Below, in pieces: positions 43,255 to 52,941 of a DNA stretch of 64,000 nucleotides. The notes beneath the pieces are model-generated. The model was not told the DNA's origin, searched no databases, and saw nothing but the letters and a program-made list of their open reading frames with translations. How positions within the stretch are numbered: position 1 is the stretch's first letter; each line of letters begins with the position of its first letter. The translations under genes and the position numbers were made by a program. This DNA is from a virus, in the IMG/VR virus record IMGVR_UViG_3300022700_000208, positions 17,646 through 81,645 of that record; one strand, given 5' to 3'.

Positions 43255-45401
43255 TGGCCAATGGAAGAGCCCAGCTAAACAATTCACAGTCACTTAGGCA
43301 AAGAGCCTCTGGCTTCATAGGGGCAGGCAATCCCCATGGAGGAATGGATACCAGTGAATTGACTGATCAGCTATCCACTACCAGTACGCAATTGAAATTC
43401 CAGAGGAAGCTCATTAGCCAAAATACTGAGGCTTTGAAGTCTCTAGCTAATAGTAACTCTGAGGTTTCTGAAGCTATTAAGGAAAATCTCAATGAGGAAA
43501 CCTTTTCTCAGCTATCTAATGTAGCTGATAAGATTGTGGCTGGTCAGAGGGTGACTGCTGAGCAGGGAGAATTCTTTGTTAATAACATCAAAGAAGTAAC
43601 CAGCGCTCTTCAAAACAGTGGTGTGGAATTTGAAGCCAATCTCAGTGATGTTGTCGGCTCATTTAAGGAGATGATGAACAATGAGCAGGCAAGTCTTGAG
43701 ACAAGAAATGAGGCCCTTCAGTCTCTAGTGTCAGGCTTAGATCAGCAATTTGCCGATGGAGAGCAGCCAGAGGTTTTACAAGACCTCAAATCCCTTTCTG
43801 AAAAGGAATTGGAGTTCTCAGACAGGCAAACAGACAGACTTAACCAACTTCTTGATGATCTGGCCGACAACACAACAGATGTAAAACTCTTAGGGACTCT
43901 CCAAAGACTGGAGAACCAGTTTGATATGCTGGTTACGACAAATCAGGAAATCGAGAGAGCCCTTGAATCCCAGGCAGGACCAGGCGGGGAAGAATTAGGG
44001 GAAAAGCTTCAAGAGGGCCTTGAGGAAGCTGTAGATCCAGGATTCTTTGAGACTATGCTTGGTGGGGGAACTCTTCTCGGAGGACTCCTTGGAAGAGGAC
44101 GTGGTGCAGGAGCAGCCGCTGGAACTGCTGCTAGAGCTGCTGGGGCTGCCCGTGGTGGAGGACTTCTCGGAGGACTCGGCGGGGCAGCCAGAACCCTTGG
44201 AAGGGGGGCCAAAATTGCAGGAAAGGCCAGTGGTGTTTTAGCCCTTGTTATGGGGGCTATTGATTTTGTCCAGGGATTTTCCAATGCAGCCGAGATTGCA
44301 GGAATTGAAGATCCCGATGATCTCAAGCTCAGTGACAAGATACAGGCTGGCTTTGCTTCAGCTATCTCAGGTCTTACTTTTGGGTTGGTTGATTCTCAGA
44401 CAGTTTTTGAACAGATAGATAGGGGTATCAATTTTCTCTTTGGAGAAGGAGATGGACTTCTTCCTAATAGTGCAGAGGCTCTCCAGAAAATACTCTCAGC
44501 CAATCCTATTGGATTTGTTATATCGAATTTTGACCGTCTTAAGGAGATGTTCTCTAAACTTTTTGGTGGAGAGGGAAGTTTTACTGAAAGACTTGGGACT
44601 TTTGCTGAAGATTTTGGTGTTCTTGTAGGAGAAGCCATTAAAGATTTATTTGAAGGTCTTCAGACACTCACCCAGGACTTATCTGATCTTGCTCCCAAAG
44701 TTGGACAGGCTCTTGGAAAAGGCATTCAAATGCTTGGAAGTCTTCTTATTGAGGGAGTTCAGAATCTTTTCACTGTGGAAAATATCAAGGCAGCTATAAG
44801 TGGGGTTCTCAGTATTGGTGACCTCATAACAGACATAGGATCAATTTTTACCAGATTCCTTAGTGGTGTTTTTGAGGGAATACTGGGAGAAGGAAATATG
44901 GCTTCCATGGTTCTTGATATGCTTGCCAATGCCCAAGACAAAATATTTGAAGGTCTTCAGGCAAGCGTTGAAGATTTCAGTCTTGATAAAGCCAGAAAGG
45001 CCATGATTGGTGGATTGAAAGATGTAGTTCGGGGAGTTGTCCCTTCAATGGGGATAGGTCTTGAAGACAAAGTTGTTAATGCCCTCTTTGGAGAAGAAAC
45101 AGGAAGTGAGGGGGAGACAGTCCCTGGGGAAGAACAGCAAACTCCAACTCCTGTAGCAGGTGGGGCAGCAGGAGAAGCTACAGGAATTGGGGAATTAATA
45201 CCTAATCTTTTTCAGCAGGAGACAACAGCCCAGACTGAGGCCACACAAAATCAAGCTGAGGGTGGAGGTCAGCAGCAACAGCCTGTAGCCATCCCCATGG
45301 CAGGCGGAGGACAGCAAAAACAAAAGACACCTCCAGCATCAAGAGAAACCAATGTGGATGATCTCTCCTTGTCTCTTCTTAACGTAGGAGCATTGGATTA
45401 A
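43254..45401 (+). CDS. tape measure protein
   Basis: Helical, Gly/Ala-rich hydrophobic segments; position. Confidence 0.8.
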   Translation: MANGRAQLNNSQSLRQRASGFIGAGNPHGGMDTSELTDQLSTTSTQLKFQRKLISQNTEALKSLANSNSEVSEAIKENLNEETFSQLSNVADKIVAGQRVTAEQGEFFVNNIKEVTSALQNSGVEFEANLSDVVGSFKEMMNNEQASLETRNEALQSLVSGLDQQFADGEQPEVLQDLKSLSEKELEFSDRQTDRLNQLLDDLADNTTDVKLLGTLQRLENQFDMLVTTNQEIERALESQAGPGGEELGEKLQEGLEEAVDPGFFETMLGGGTLLGGLLGRGRGAGAAAGTAARAAGAARGGGLLGGLGGAARTLGRGAKIAGKASGVLALVMGAIDFVQGFSNAAEIAGIEDPDDLKLSDKIQAGFASAISGLTFGLVDSQTVFEQIDRGINFLFGEGDGLLPNSAEALQKILSANPIGFVISNFDRLKEMFSKLFGGEGSFTERLGTFAEDFGVLVGEAIKDLFEGLQTLTQDLSDLAPKVGQALGKGIQMLGSLLIEGVQNLFTVENIKAAISGVLSIGDLITDIGSIFTRFLSGVFEGILGEGNMASMVLDMLANAQDKIFEGLQASVEDFSLDKARKAMIGGLKDVVRGVVPSMGIGLEDKVVNALFGEETGSEGETVPGEEQQTPTPVAGGAAGEATGIGELIPNLFQQETTAQTEATQNQAEGGGQQQQPVAIPMAGGGQQKQKTPPASRETNVDDLSLSLLNVGALD

Positions 45402-46204
45402 TGGGTAAGATTGATTTTGAGCAACTAATAAATAATCAAAATGCAAGAGTTGTTATTGATATTGGCAGAGGAGGAGGAAGACCTATTGTAGGCTTCATGC
45501 AAAGTGAAATCTCTGTTAATGGAAGCAATGAGTTTAATACCTTATTTGATACTTCCACCCAGGAATCCATAACAACTCTTACAAATAAGGCAAGACAGAT
45601 TGCCCAGTCTGGAAGAGTTCAGCAATTTATTCAGGACAGCCCTGCTCAGGTTGAAGACTTAAGAAACGTATCTCTTATTAACGTGGCTCAGACAATTCAG
45701 GAATGGACAGCCAGCACTAGGCCAACATTTAGCATAAATATTTTATTCATAGCTATAAGAAATGGGGATGATGTAAGGGTTCCTGCTACAAAACTTCTAA
45801 GTACAGTTTATCCAAACAAAACAACAGGTGGGTTTCTCTCGGCTCCCAATAATTTAACTCCCACGGCTCCAAACAGACCTGGAGTAGGAGCCGTTGAGAT
45901 AGGAAAATGGTTCAGAGCCCCTGGGATCATATTTAAAGAAGTCAATAATACCTTCTCTAATCAAGTTATAAGACTAGATTCTGAGGGATCTGATACAGCT
46001 CCTCTTTATTGTATATCAACTATTCAATTTCAGCCGTTCAGGCAACCAACATTCTCTGAGATTTCCAAATACCTTAAACAAACTCCTTCTAATGTATTTG
46101 GGAACAGTCTTTATGAAAAAGACAAGACAGGAGAAACAAGGGCTCAAAGGGCTGTCAATCAGGAAGCTGGTTCTGGTTCAGTTTCAGGAAACTTGACGGG
46201 ATAA
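45401..46204 (+). CDS. putative baseplate/tube-associated protein
   Basis: Position between tape measure and gp53-like genes. Confidence 0.45.
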   Translation: MGKIDFEQLINNQNARVVIDIGRGGGRPIVGFMQSEISVNGSNEFNTLFDTSTQESITTLTNKARQIAQSGRVQQFIQDSPAQVEDLRNVSLINVAQTIQEWTASTRPTFSINILFIAIRNGDDVRVPATKLLSTVYPNKTTGGFLSAPNNLTPTAPNRPGVGAVEIGKWFRAPGIIFKEVNNTFSNQVIRLDSEGSDTAPLYCISTIQFQPFRQPTFSEISKYLKQTPSNVFGNSLYEKDKTGETRAQRAVNQEAGSGSVSGNLTG

Positions 46205-46207
46205 ATT

Positions 46208-46564
46208 ATGTCTCAGTTTTTTATCAATACAGACATTGATACAGAAAAAAGATATGATCCAGCCAAGTTCATGAGGTTTGAGTTTAATGCGTATGATCCT
46301 CTTTCCTCAAATTTGTTTTTAGTTATAAAGAGTGTTCAGAAGAATGGAGAAATTGTCGTACAAGGTGAGGAAGGAAGGCCCGATCTTTTAGCTAATAGGG
46401 CCTACAATGATACCCAGTATTGGTGGGTAATTATGATCTATAACGACATATTCAACGTCAATGATATTGTGGAAGGAATGAAATTGGATCTGGTCAATAG
46501 ATCAGAGCTTGAAGATCTTTATTTCTCTCTTAAATCAAAGCAGGTAGCGAGTGAAAACGGATGA
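46208..46564 (+). CDS. baseplate wedge protein (gp53/LysM-like)
   Basis: RPDLLANRAYNDTQYWWVIMIYNDI. Confidence 0.85.
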   Translation: MSQFFINTDIDTEKRYDPAKFMRFEFNAYDPLSSNLFLVIKSVQKNGEIVVQGEEGRPDLLANRAYNDTQYWWVIMIYNDIFNVNDIVEGMKLDLVNRSELEDLYFSLKSKQVASENG

Positions 46565-47706
46565 TAGGAACTGAGAATAAGTATGTCTTCAGGTTCAGCT
46601 TGGGAGAGGATCAAGATTTCATTGATGAGCCTGATCTTGGAAAATTCACAATGATTGAGGAGTCGGGAAATATACTTCCTACTTTTCATCTCACATTCAT
46701 GACTAGGAATGAAAAAATAGTTCCAAGGCTCAATGAGGGATTTCCCCTTGAAGTTTCCTACGGGAAGGATTCACAGAATTTGATTGATGTTTCCCTGGCT
46801 CCTACACGAGTTCAAAGCTTTAGAAAGGGAGAAGGCAGAAGACAGGTTGGTGTGACAGGTCTAATGAGCGCTAATCCTTATGTGATGGAAAGTGATATAT
46901 TTATCAGCCAGGAAAAGTCAGCCCTAGAGGTTATGAGAGATCAGATCCAGGGGATTTTTACTCCAGACTTCAATAGACAAAGGTCTAATGATTCTCAGAT
47001 CTGGATTCGCCATAACCAGACAAAGAAGAAATTTGTTAATCAACTGTGGACTCATGCGGATTTGGGAAATTCTTTTCCAGCCGTAGCTATTTCAGCAGAT
47101 GGTCGGTTTATTATGCGTGATGTTATACAGGCATTGAATGAGGATTTTAAGTGGAGGTTTGTTCCAGATCCTGACAATAACAATCCCCAGGACATTTACT
47201 ATAATGCCAATTACGACACAGACAACATGAGCGGCTTTATAAACGGCTGGTTTGGTTATGGTAGGGAAAAGTCCGTGTTCGACATGGAAGAGGGCTCACA
47301 CAGCTTTCAGGCCAGTGAGGTGGAGCCTATACTAGCTACCACAGGCAAGCTTGCTAAAAGAGCTGATATCGAGAAGAGATTTTCCAATACAGGAGCGGTG
47401 AGTCAAAACACTCACCCCAACTACTGGCAATCTGCACTGCATAATATCTCTAATCTGGTCACAATGGGAGCGGTCAAGCTTGTACTGACCACAGAGAATA
47501 TCTTTTTCAACATACGTCCTCTGGATCTTGTGATGTTCAGGGATACTACAGTGGACCGTGAGAATGTGGGAGAAGGTAACTCTTCGGAATTCAACTCAGG
47601 TCTGTATTTGACAGGCAAAGTCGTAAGAACAGTGGAAAACAGACAATTTTTAACCACAGTTGAGATCATGAGAGAGTCTTTCAATAATGTCCAGACTCAG
47701 GTGTAA
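46561..47706 (+). CDS. baseplate hub protein (gp27-like)
   Basis: Position; C-terminal SGLYLTGKVVRT..TVEIMRES. Confidence 0.6.
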   Translation: MIGTENKYVFRFSLGEDQDFIDEPDLGKFTMIEESGNILPTFHLTFMTRNEKIVPRLNEGFPLEVSYGKDSQNLIDVSLAPTRVQSFRKGEGRRQVGVTGLMSANPYVMESDIFISQEKSALEVMRDQIQGIFTPDFNRQRSNDSQIWIRHNQTKKKFVNQLWTHADLGNSFPAVAISADGRFIMRDVIQALNEDFKWRFVPDPDNNNPQDIYYNANYDTDNMSGFINGWFGYGREKSVFDMEEGSHSFQASEVEPILATTGKLAKRADIEKRFSNTGAVSQNTHPNYWQSALHNISNLVTMGAVKLVLTTENIFFNIRPLDLVMFRDTTVDRENVGEGNSSEFNSGLYLTGKVVRTVENRQFLTTVEIMRESFNNVQTQV

Positions 47707-47737
47707 ATCTTAAATTTTCCGTTTTCCTATTGGGAGG
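47703..47737 (+). promoter_or_regulatory. candidate late promoter motif, copy 3 (overlaps spike SD)
   Basis: GTAAATCTTAAATTTTCCGTTTTCCTATTGGGAGG. Confidence 0.5.
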
Positions 47738-47744
47738 TTGAGTT

Positions 47745-48512
47745 ATTTTTGTCAAACCTGCTGAATTCATAGAAAAGTCCAAACACTTCAAGTCAAGTTG
47801 GAAAGGTGAGGTTGTCGATAACCAAGATCCTGAAAAACTTGGCCGAGTGAAGTGCAATATACCTGGACTAATAGAGGGTTCAAAGGAACAACTTCCCTGG
47901 GTATTTAGAAGATCCAATAGTCTTCTTGGAGGAACAGGTAAAGATGGGGGCTTTGCGGTCCCCAAAATGGGAAGTGAGCTTGAAGTTATATTCCCTTTTG
48001 AAGATCCCTACACACCTGTTTATGTAGGTTACTGGGAATCTCGGGCCACTCATCCAACAGCTTTTGATGAGGACTATCCCAATATTCTTGGCTATGCTGA
48101 TGAGGAGGGAAACTCCTTTAGTCTCAACAGAAAGAGTCAAGAGGTAAAAGTCACTCACAGTTCAGGAACTTTTGTTTTGGTTGATAAGGATGGAAATCTC
48201 AATCTTGAGGGAGTGGCTAAGCTTGTATCGACGATTAAAGATGAAATCAATTTGACTGGGGAAAAAGGTCTTACGGCTGTTCTTCAGGCAGCCTTGTCTC
48301 TTGAAGCTGGAGAGGAGGCCACAATAACAGCACCCAAAGTTGAAATGGGAAGTGAGTCTGTTGGGGTTTTGGATAATAGGGTGAAACAGGATCAAGCATT
48401 GGCAAAAATCACTGTTCAAACTCCTGTGGGGCCAGCGGCTCCAGTATCAGCGGCTCCTCAATTTTCCCAGCTTCAGAAAAACACTCAGGATTTGAATGGA
48501 ATTAAGGCTTAA
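47745..48512 (+). CDS. baseplate spike (gp5/gpV OB-fold), probable ATT start
   Basis: Frame is open upstream of GTG at 47847 through WKGEVVDNQDPEKLGRVK; GGGAGG SD lies 7 nt before ATT at 47745. Confidence 0.8.
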   Translation: MFVKPAEFIEKSKHFKSSWKGEVVDNQDPEKLGRVKCNIPGLIEGSKEQLPWVFRRSNSLLGGTGKDGGFAVPKMGSELEVIFPFEDPYTPVYVGYWESRATHPTAFDEDYPNILGYADEEGNSFSLNRKSQEVKVTHSSGTFVLVDKDGNLNLEGVAKLVSTIKDEINLTGEKGLTAVLQAALSLEAGEEATITAPKVEMGSESVGVLDNRVKQDQALAKITVQTPVGPAAPVSAAPQFSQLQKNTQDLNGIKA

Positions 48513-48515
48513 TAG

Positions 48516-49085
48516 ATGCTTGATCCACTTCCTGATTGGGTAGACAGATTAAAACAAATGCCCAGTGTGGGTACATCCCAGGAAGGGGCAGAAAATCTTG
48601 CGAACTTTTACGGGGATCTTGCTGATAAGGTAACGGCTGAGGGATCTCCTCCTCTTTTTACTTTTAATAGGCAAGTATTTGCTTCCACTCTTCTTTCTCA
48701 AGGATTTGGCCCAACAGGAGGAACTGAGTGGGTACAGAAAATAGGGACAGCTTTTGAGGCAGGAGTGGCCCAAGGAACAATCACTCCAGCCCTTAAAGCA
48801 GATCCTAGGTGGACGGCTTCAGGATCGGATGTTCAAACACCTTCTACGGGAGCATCCGTTATTCTGACTTTGAGTATAGCAAGATCCACTCTTGAGTCAG
48901 GATTAATTTCAGCCACTCAAGGATTTTCACAAACTGAGAATTCAGATCAGGCAGATAGTTCTCAGGAAAAGTTTGCTCAGGCATGGAGAGATGCAACTCT
49001 TGAGTTTCAATTCACATTGATTGGACTTATTGTAGTTCCTCCATCAGGGACAGCTCCTCTGCCTCTTACTTTTAATGCTCAATAG
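48516..49085 (+). CDS. hypothetical spike-associated protein
   Basis: Position between spike and gp25-like genes. Confidence 0.45.
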   Translation: MLDPLPDWVDRLKQMPSVGTSQEGAENLANFYGDLADKVTAEGSPPLFTFNRQVFASTLLSQGFGPTGGTEWVQKIGTAFEAGVAQGTITPALKADPRWTASGSDVQTPSTGASVILTLSIARSTLESGLISATQGFSQTENSDQADSSQEKFAQAWRDATLEFQFTLIGLIVVPPSGTAPLPLTFNAQ

Positions 49086-49094
49086 GAGATTAGA

Positions 49095-49331
49095 ATGAAT
49101 AAATCAGAGCAACTTCTCAAACTAATTGAACAAACATCAGACAAAGAAACGAGTAAAAGCAAAAAAGACAAACGAAAAGAGGGTGAGAGGCAAGATCCCA
49201 ATCACCCTCAAACTACTTTCCATCAATATAAAAAAGAAGAACCTGATTCCTATGGATTAGATGGTGAGGGAGAAAAAGAAAACGATAAAGATAGTAAGGA
49301 TAGTTCTCACCACAATAAAAAGGATAAGTAA
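49095..49331 (+). CDS. leader-bearing disordered protein (MNKSEQLLKLIE|Q)
   Basis: Leader variant; AGGAG SD. Confidence 0.5.
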   Translation: MNKSEQLLKLIEQTSDKETSKSKKDKRKEGERQDPNHPQTTFHQYKKEEPDSYGLDGEGEKENDKDSKDSSHHNKKDK

Positions 49332-49708
49332 TGCCAGTATTTTCTGACCTTAATTCCTTTAATCCAAAAATTAGGCCCCGTATTGAGGATGTAAGCTCTA
49401 TTTTTCAGTCTTTATTTAATATCCTTAATACAAAACCAGGAGAGAGATTATTCAGACCTGATTTTGGAATCGACATTGAAGAGGAATTATTTGGCCTGAT
49501 TGATGATATATCAGCCGTGGCTGTTTTGAGTAGAATTACAAACACCATAGAAGTTTTTGAGGACAGAATAGAAATTGACTTTGAAAACACACAAGTCACT
49601 CCCAATCCAGAAGAAAACAGGTATGATGTTGATCTTGTTTTCACTATCCCAAGCATTGAGGGAGAGACAAAATTTCAATTTTCAGGACAACTAGGTAGAT
49701 CCGCATGA
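49331..49708 (+). CDS. baseplate wedge protein (gp25-like)
   Basis: NILNTKPGERLFRPDFG..FEDRI. Confidence 0.92.
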   Translation: MPVFSDLNSFNPKIRPRIEDVSSIFQSLFNILNTKPGERLFRPDFGIDIEEELFGLIDDISAVAVLSRITNTIEVFEDRIEIDFENTQVTPNPEENRYDVDLVFTIPSIEGETKFQFSGQLGRSA

Positions 49709-52700
49709 GTTTTGTTATTGATCCAAATTCAGTCTCAAGAGACCAGATAAAGGCAGATCTGGAACAGTTTCTTGCAACCAGACCTGATGCTTCCTCTTGG
49801 AATACTTTCTTTTCAAGTGGCACGGGGCAGACTGTTGTAGAAGCAATGGCAGGCATGAGTTCCTTTCTCAAGTTCACTGCCATATCTTCTAGAAGAGAAG
49901 CTTTTCTCATGTATGCCCAGAGCAGATCCTCTGTTATTGGAAGTGCTGAAGGTAAAGGTTATTCAGCTTTCAGGGGACGGAATGCTCATCTCAACCTTAC
50001 ATTCACTCCAAACACCACAGGGGTTCTTCCCAAATTCTCTGTTATTGGAATGGTTGCTGGAGTGGATCTCATACTGGCTGAGGAAACTGTAGTTAATGCA
50101 GGGACTCAGGTAACAGTTGAGGCTATTGTAGGAAATCTTCAACAGGAGACATTGACTGCTGAAAGTGATGCACCCTCCCTTTTCAGGTTCACTCAGCCTA
50201 ATGTTTCTGAGGATGCTATTCTTTCCCTGGAGGGACAGAATGTTCCTACTTCAGATAAAATCATTGATCTTATAAATGAGAATTTCTCCACTCTTTCCAA
50301 TCCTCTTGGATCAGTTGATGTGTTTTACACAAATGATCCTGCTTTTGCTACAAGATATTCAAGTGGAGACCAGCTAACTCTTCAATGGGTTCAACTTCAA
50401 GATGTTGATTTTGATCTTTCCGATGTCAGTTTGGATGATGGAACTATTAATGATCTTTCAGTTAATACAGCCTTCCAGACTCCAGAGACAATAGAATCCA
50501 TTAGACTTAATGCCCCTCTACAAAATGAGACTCAATTTGTTATTAGGGGTAGAAACGATTATGAAAAGCTTTTTGTTTTAAACAATCCCAACATTATTGA
50601 TGCTAGAGGAAGAGATATAAGTCCTGCTGTTATTGAAGTCACGTATCTTAAGGATGATTTAACCAATTTAAGTCCTCAGGAAAAGGATGATTTAGTTGAC
50701 TCTGTAGCATCCAACAGAATGTTTGGGTTGCTTCCTCCTCTTATTGGAGATCCTATACAGATTCCTCTTAGAATAGATGTGGATGTTATATCCAGTGGTG
50801 TTGTGGGAAGCGTTGTCACCCAGATTGAAAATCTCCTGAGAGGACAAAGCTCAATAAATGTTGATGGGACTGAAGTTACCTTAGAAATTGAAAAAGTCCT
50901 TGGGGCAGATATATCTTTTGAAGACCTTGAGGCAGCCATTGAAGCATTAAATACAGTTAAGATTGCTAGGCTCACTGTTGGAGCTGTTGACTGGTCTCAG
51001 CAAACACAATATCAGCTTGGTGATACAGTATATGATCCTGGAGCTAACCAAGAGTTTGTTTATCAGGTCTCAGACATTCTTTATTTTTCTGGAGGAAGTG
51101 AGCCCTCTTTCCCTGCCACAGAAGGTGCTCAGGTTGTGGATAATGATCTTGTTTGGGAAGCTCAGTTTCTTCCAACATCTCCCCCATTTCCAAATGCCTG
51201 GCAAGCTAATACGGCTTATGAGATCGGAGATTTGGTTCAGCCAACCTCCTCCAATGGATTTCAATATGTGGTTGTGAGCCAGAGAAATACTTCTGCAACT
51301 TCCAATGAGGTACAAGAAATTCTTTTTGATTCCGTTCCTGATAGCGGAACCTGGAGAATTGAATTTGATGGTGAGGAAACAGTCAATCTTACTCCATCAG
51401 CTACAGCAACAGATGTAGAAAATGCCATGAATGCTCTTAATACCCTATCTGATGTGAGAGTTACAGGGGACTTTTCTACAGGATTCACAGTTTTCTTTGA
51501 GGGAGCTGATGGCAACCAGCCTCAGCCTCTCATCACTTTTGATGATCCAGGGAACAATGAAATACAAGACCTTATTTTTGAGCTTGAACCTGATGCTGGA
51601 GATTTCACTCTTGAATTTGATGGGCAGACAACAGGAAGCATTCCTCACACAGCCGACAATTTGGATGTTCAAGCAGCTCTTGAGTCACTTTCTAATATAG
51701 CTGTTGGGGAGGTTCAGGTTACTGGGGATTTTGCCAATGGATTCGCTGTAGAATTCCTTGGAACATACACTAATTTGGATGTTCCCAATCTTATTCCAAC
51801 TTCTAACTTAACGGCTGGAACTGTTGTAACCCCAACATTTAGCACTGTCCAAGAAGGAAGACCATCTGATCCTGGGCAAAACCAAATTCAGCTTATTGAA
51901 TTCAATTTGGTTCCAGATACAGGACAATGGAGTATAACTTTTGATGGAGAGACAACCACTCTTCTCAATTTTGATGCTACAGCCACAGATGTCCAGAATG
52001 CCCTTGAGAATTTAAGCAATATTGGGGCAGGAAATGTTTCTGTGTCTGGGGATTATTCCAGTGACTTTTCTGTTGAATTCATAAATGCTTTGTCCAATAC
52101 AAATTTTGATTTGATGACTCTTAATTTCAACACTCTTGAGTCAGGTGGGCAGAGTGTAGTTGTCACGTTCTCCGAAGCCCAGGAAGCTACATCTTCTGAT
52201 CCTGGAGCTAATGAAATACAAAGACTTGAATTTGACTTTCTCCCTGATTCAGGAACTTTCAATGTGGATTTTGATGGGGAGGTCACAACCAACCTTACTT
52301 TTGGTGTAACATCAGGAGTTTTAGAAAGTGCTCTTGAGTCTTTATCTAATCTTTCAGATGTGGATGTCTCTGGCAGTGTGGCTCAGGGATTCGATATTGA
52401 GTTTATCAATGCTGATGGTTTGACTGATCAGCCACAAATGCAAGTAGTTAATAACTCTCTTGCTGCTTCTTCAGCTCAGATTGGAATAACAGTAAATGAA
52501 GATCCTAAGGGTAAAAAGCCAGCTTCTAATCTCTTTGACAGTGGAAGTCCTGTTGGAATCTCTGTAGGAGTTGTTTCAGATGCTCAAGATCCTGAACCTG
52601 TATGGCCTACAACTATCGGGGAAACGATTAAAGACAATGATATTCTTTGGATCACGCGGGCGCGTGAGGGATCTCCATCTGAATGGTCTCCAGGAACAGT

Positions 52701-52941
52701 CTATGATAAAGGAGATGTCGTAAAACCTCTTAATAATACTTCGGGAAGGGAAAATTTGATGTTTCAGGCAATTGCATTCCTTGGAACTTCAGCCAATGTT
52801 CAGCCCACGTTCCCAACCTCGGAGGACTCCACAGTTATAGACAATAACATTGAGTGGTTGGCCAGACTTCCTGATAGTGATCCTGTAAATATTAATGAAC
52901 AAAGATATTATCTACTAAACATTAACGTGAATCTTCAATAA
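49705..52941 (+). CDS. baseplate wedge protein (gp6/J-like) with C-terminal decoration domains
   Basis: REAFLMYAQSRSSV..AEGKGY, ETIESIRLNAP, NDYE; repeats in the C-terminal half. Confidence 0.85.
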   Translation: MSFVIDPNSVSRDQIKADLEQFLATRPDASSWNTFFSSGTGQTVVEAMAGMSSFLKFTAISSRREAFLMYAQSRSSVIGSAEGKGYSAFRGRNAHLNLTFTPNTTGVLPKFSVIGMVAGVDLILAEETVVNAGTQVTVEAIVGNLQQETLTAESDAPSLFRFTQPNVSEDAILSLEGQNVPTSDKIIDLINENFSTLSNPLGSVDVFYTNDPAFATRYSSGDQLTLQWVQLQDVDFDLSDVSLDDGTINDLSVNTAFQTPETIESIRLNAPLQNETQFVIRGRNDYEKLFVLNNPNIIDARGRDISPAVIEVTYLKDDLTNLSPQEKDDLVDSVASNRMFGLLPPLIGDPIQIPLRIDVDVISSGVVGSVVTQIENLLRGQSSINVDGTEVTLEIEKVLGADISFEDLEAAIEALNTVKIARLTVGAVDWSQQTQYQLGDTVYDPGANQEFVYQVSDILYFSGGSEPSFPATEGAQVVDNDLVWEAQFLPTSPPFPNAWQANTAYEIGDLVQPTSSNGFQYVVVSQRNTSATSNEVQEILFDSVPDSGTWRIEFDGEETVNLTPSATATDVENAMNALNTLSDVRVTGDFSTGFTVFFEGADGNQPQPLITFDDPGNNEIQDLIFELEPDAGDFTLEFDGQTTGSIPHTADNLDVQAALESLSNIAVGEVQVTGDFANGFAVEFLGTYTNLDVPNLIPTSNLTAGTVVTPTFSTVQEGRPSDPGQNQIQLIEFNLVPDTGQWSITFDGETTTLLNFDATATDVQNALENLSNIGAGNVSVSGDYSSDFSVEFINALSNTNFDLMTLNFNTLESGGQSVVVTFSEAQEATSSDPGANEIQRLEFDFLPDSGTFNVDFDGEVTTNLTFGVTSGVLESALESLSNLSDVDVSGSVAQGFDIEFINADGLTDQPQMQVVNNSLAASSAQIGITVNEDPKGKKPASNLFDSGSPVGISVGVVSDAQDPEPVWPTTIGETIKDNDILWITRAREGSPSEWSPGTVYDKGDVVKPLNNTSGRENLMFQAIAFLGTSANVQPTFPTSEDSTVIDNNIEWLARLPDSDPVNINEQRYYLLNINVNLQ

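Noticed and set aside
44050-44210. GC-rich repeat ACTCTTCTCGGAGGACTC / GGACTTCTCGGAGGACTC as a regulatory element
   Set aside because: It is explained by repeated LLGGL peptide coding in the tape measure protein.
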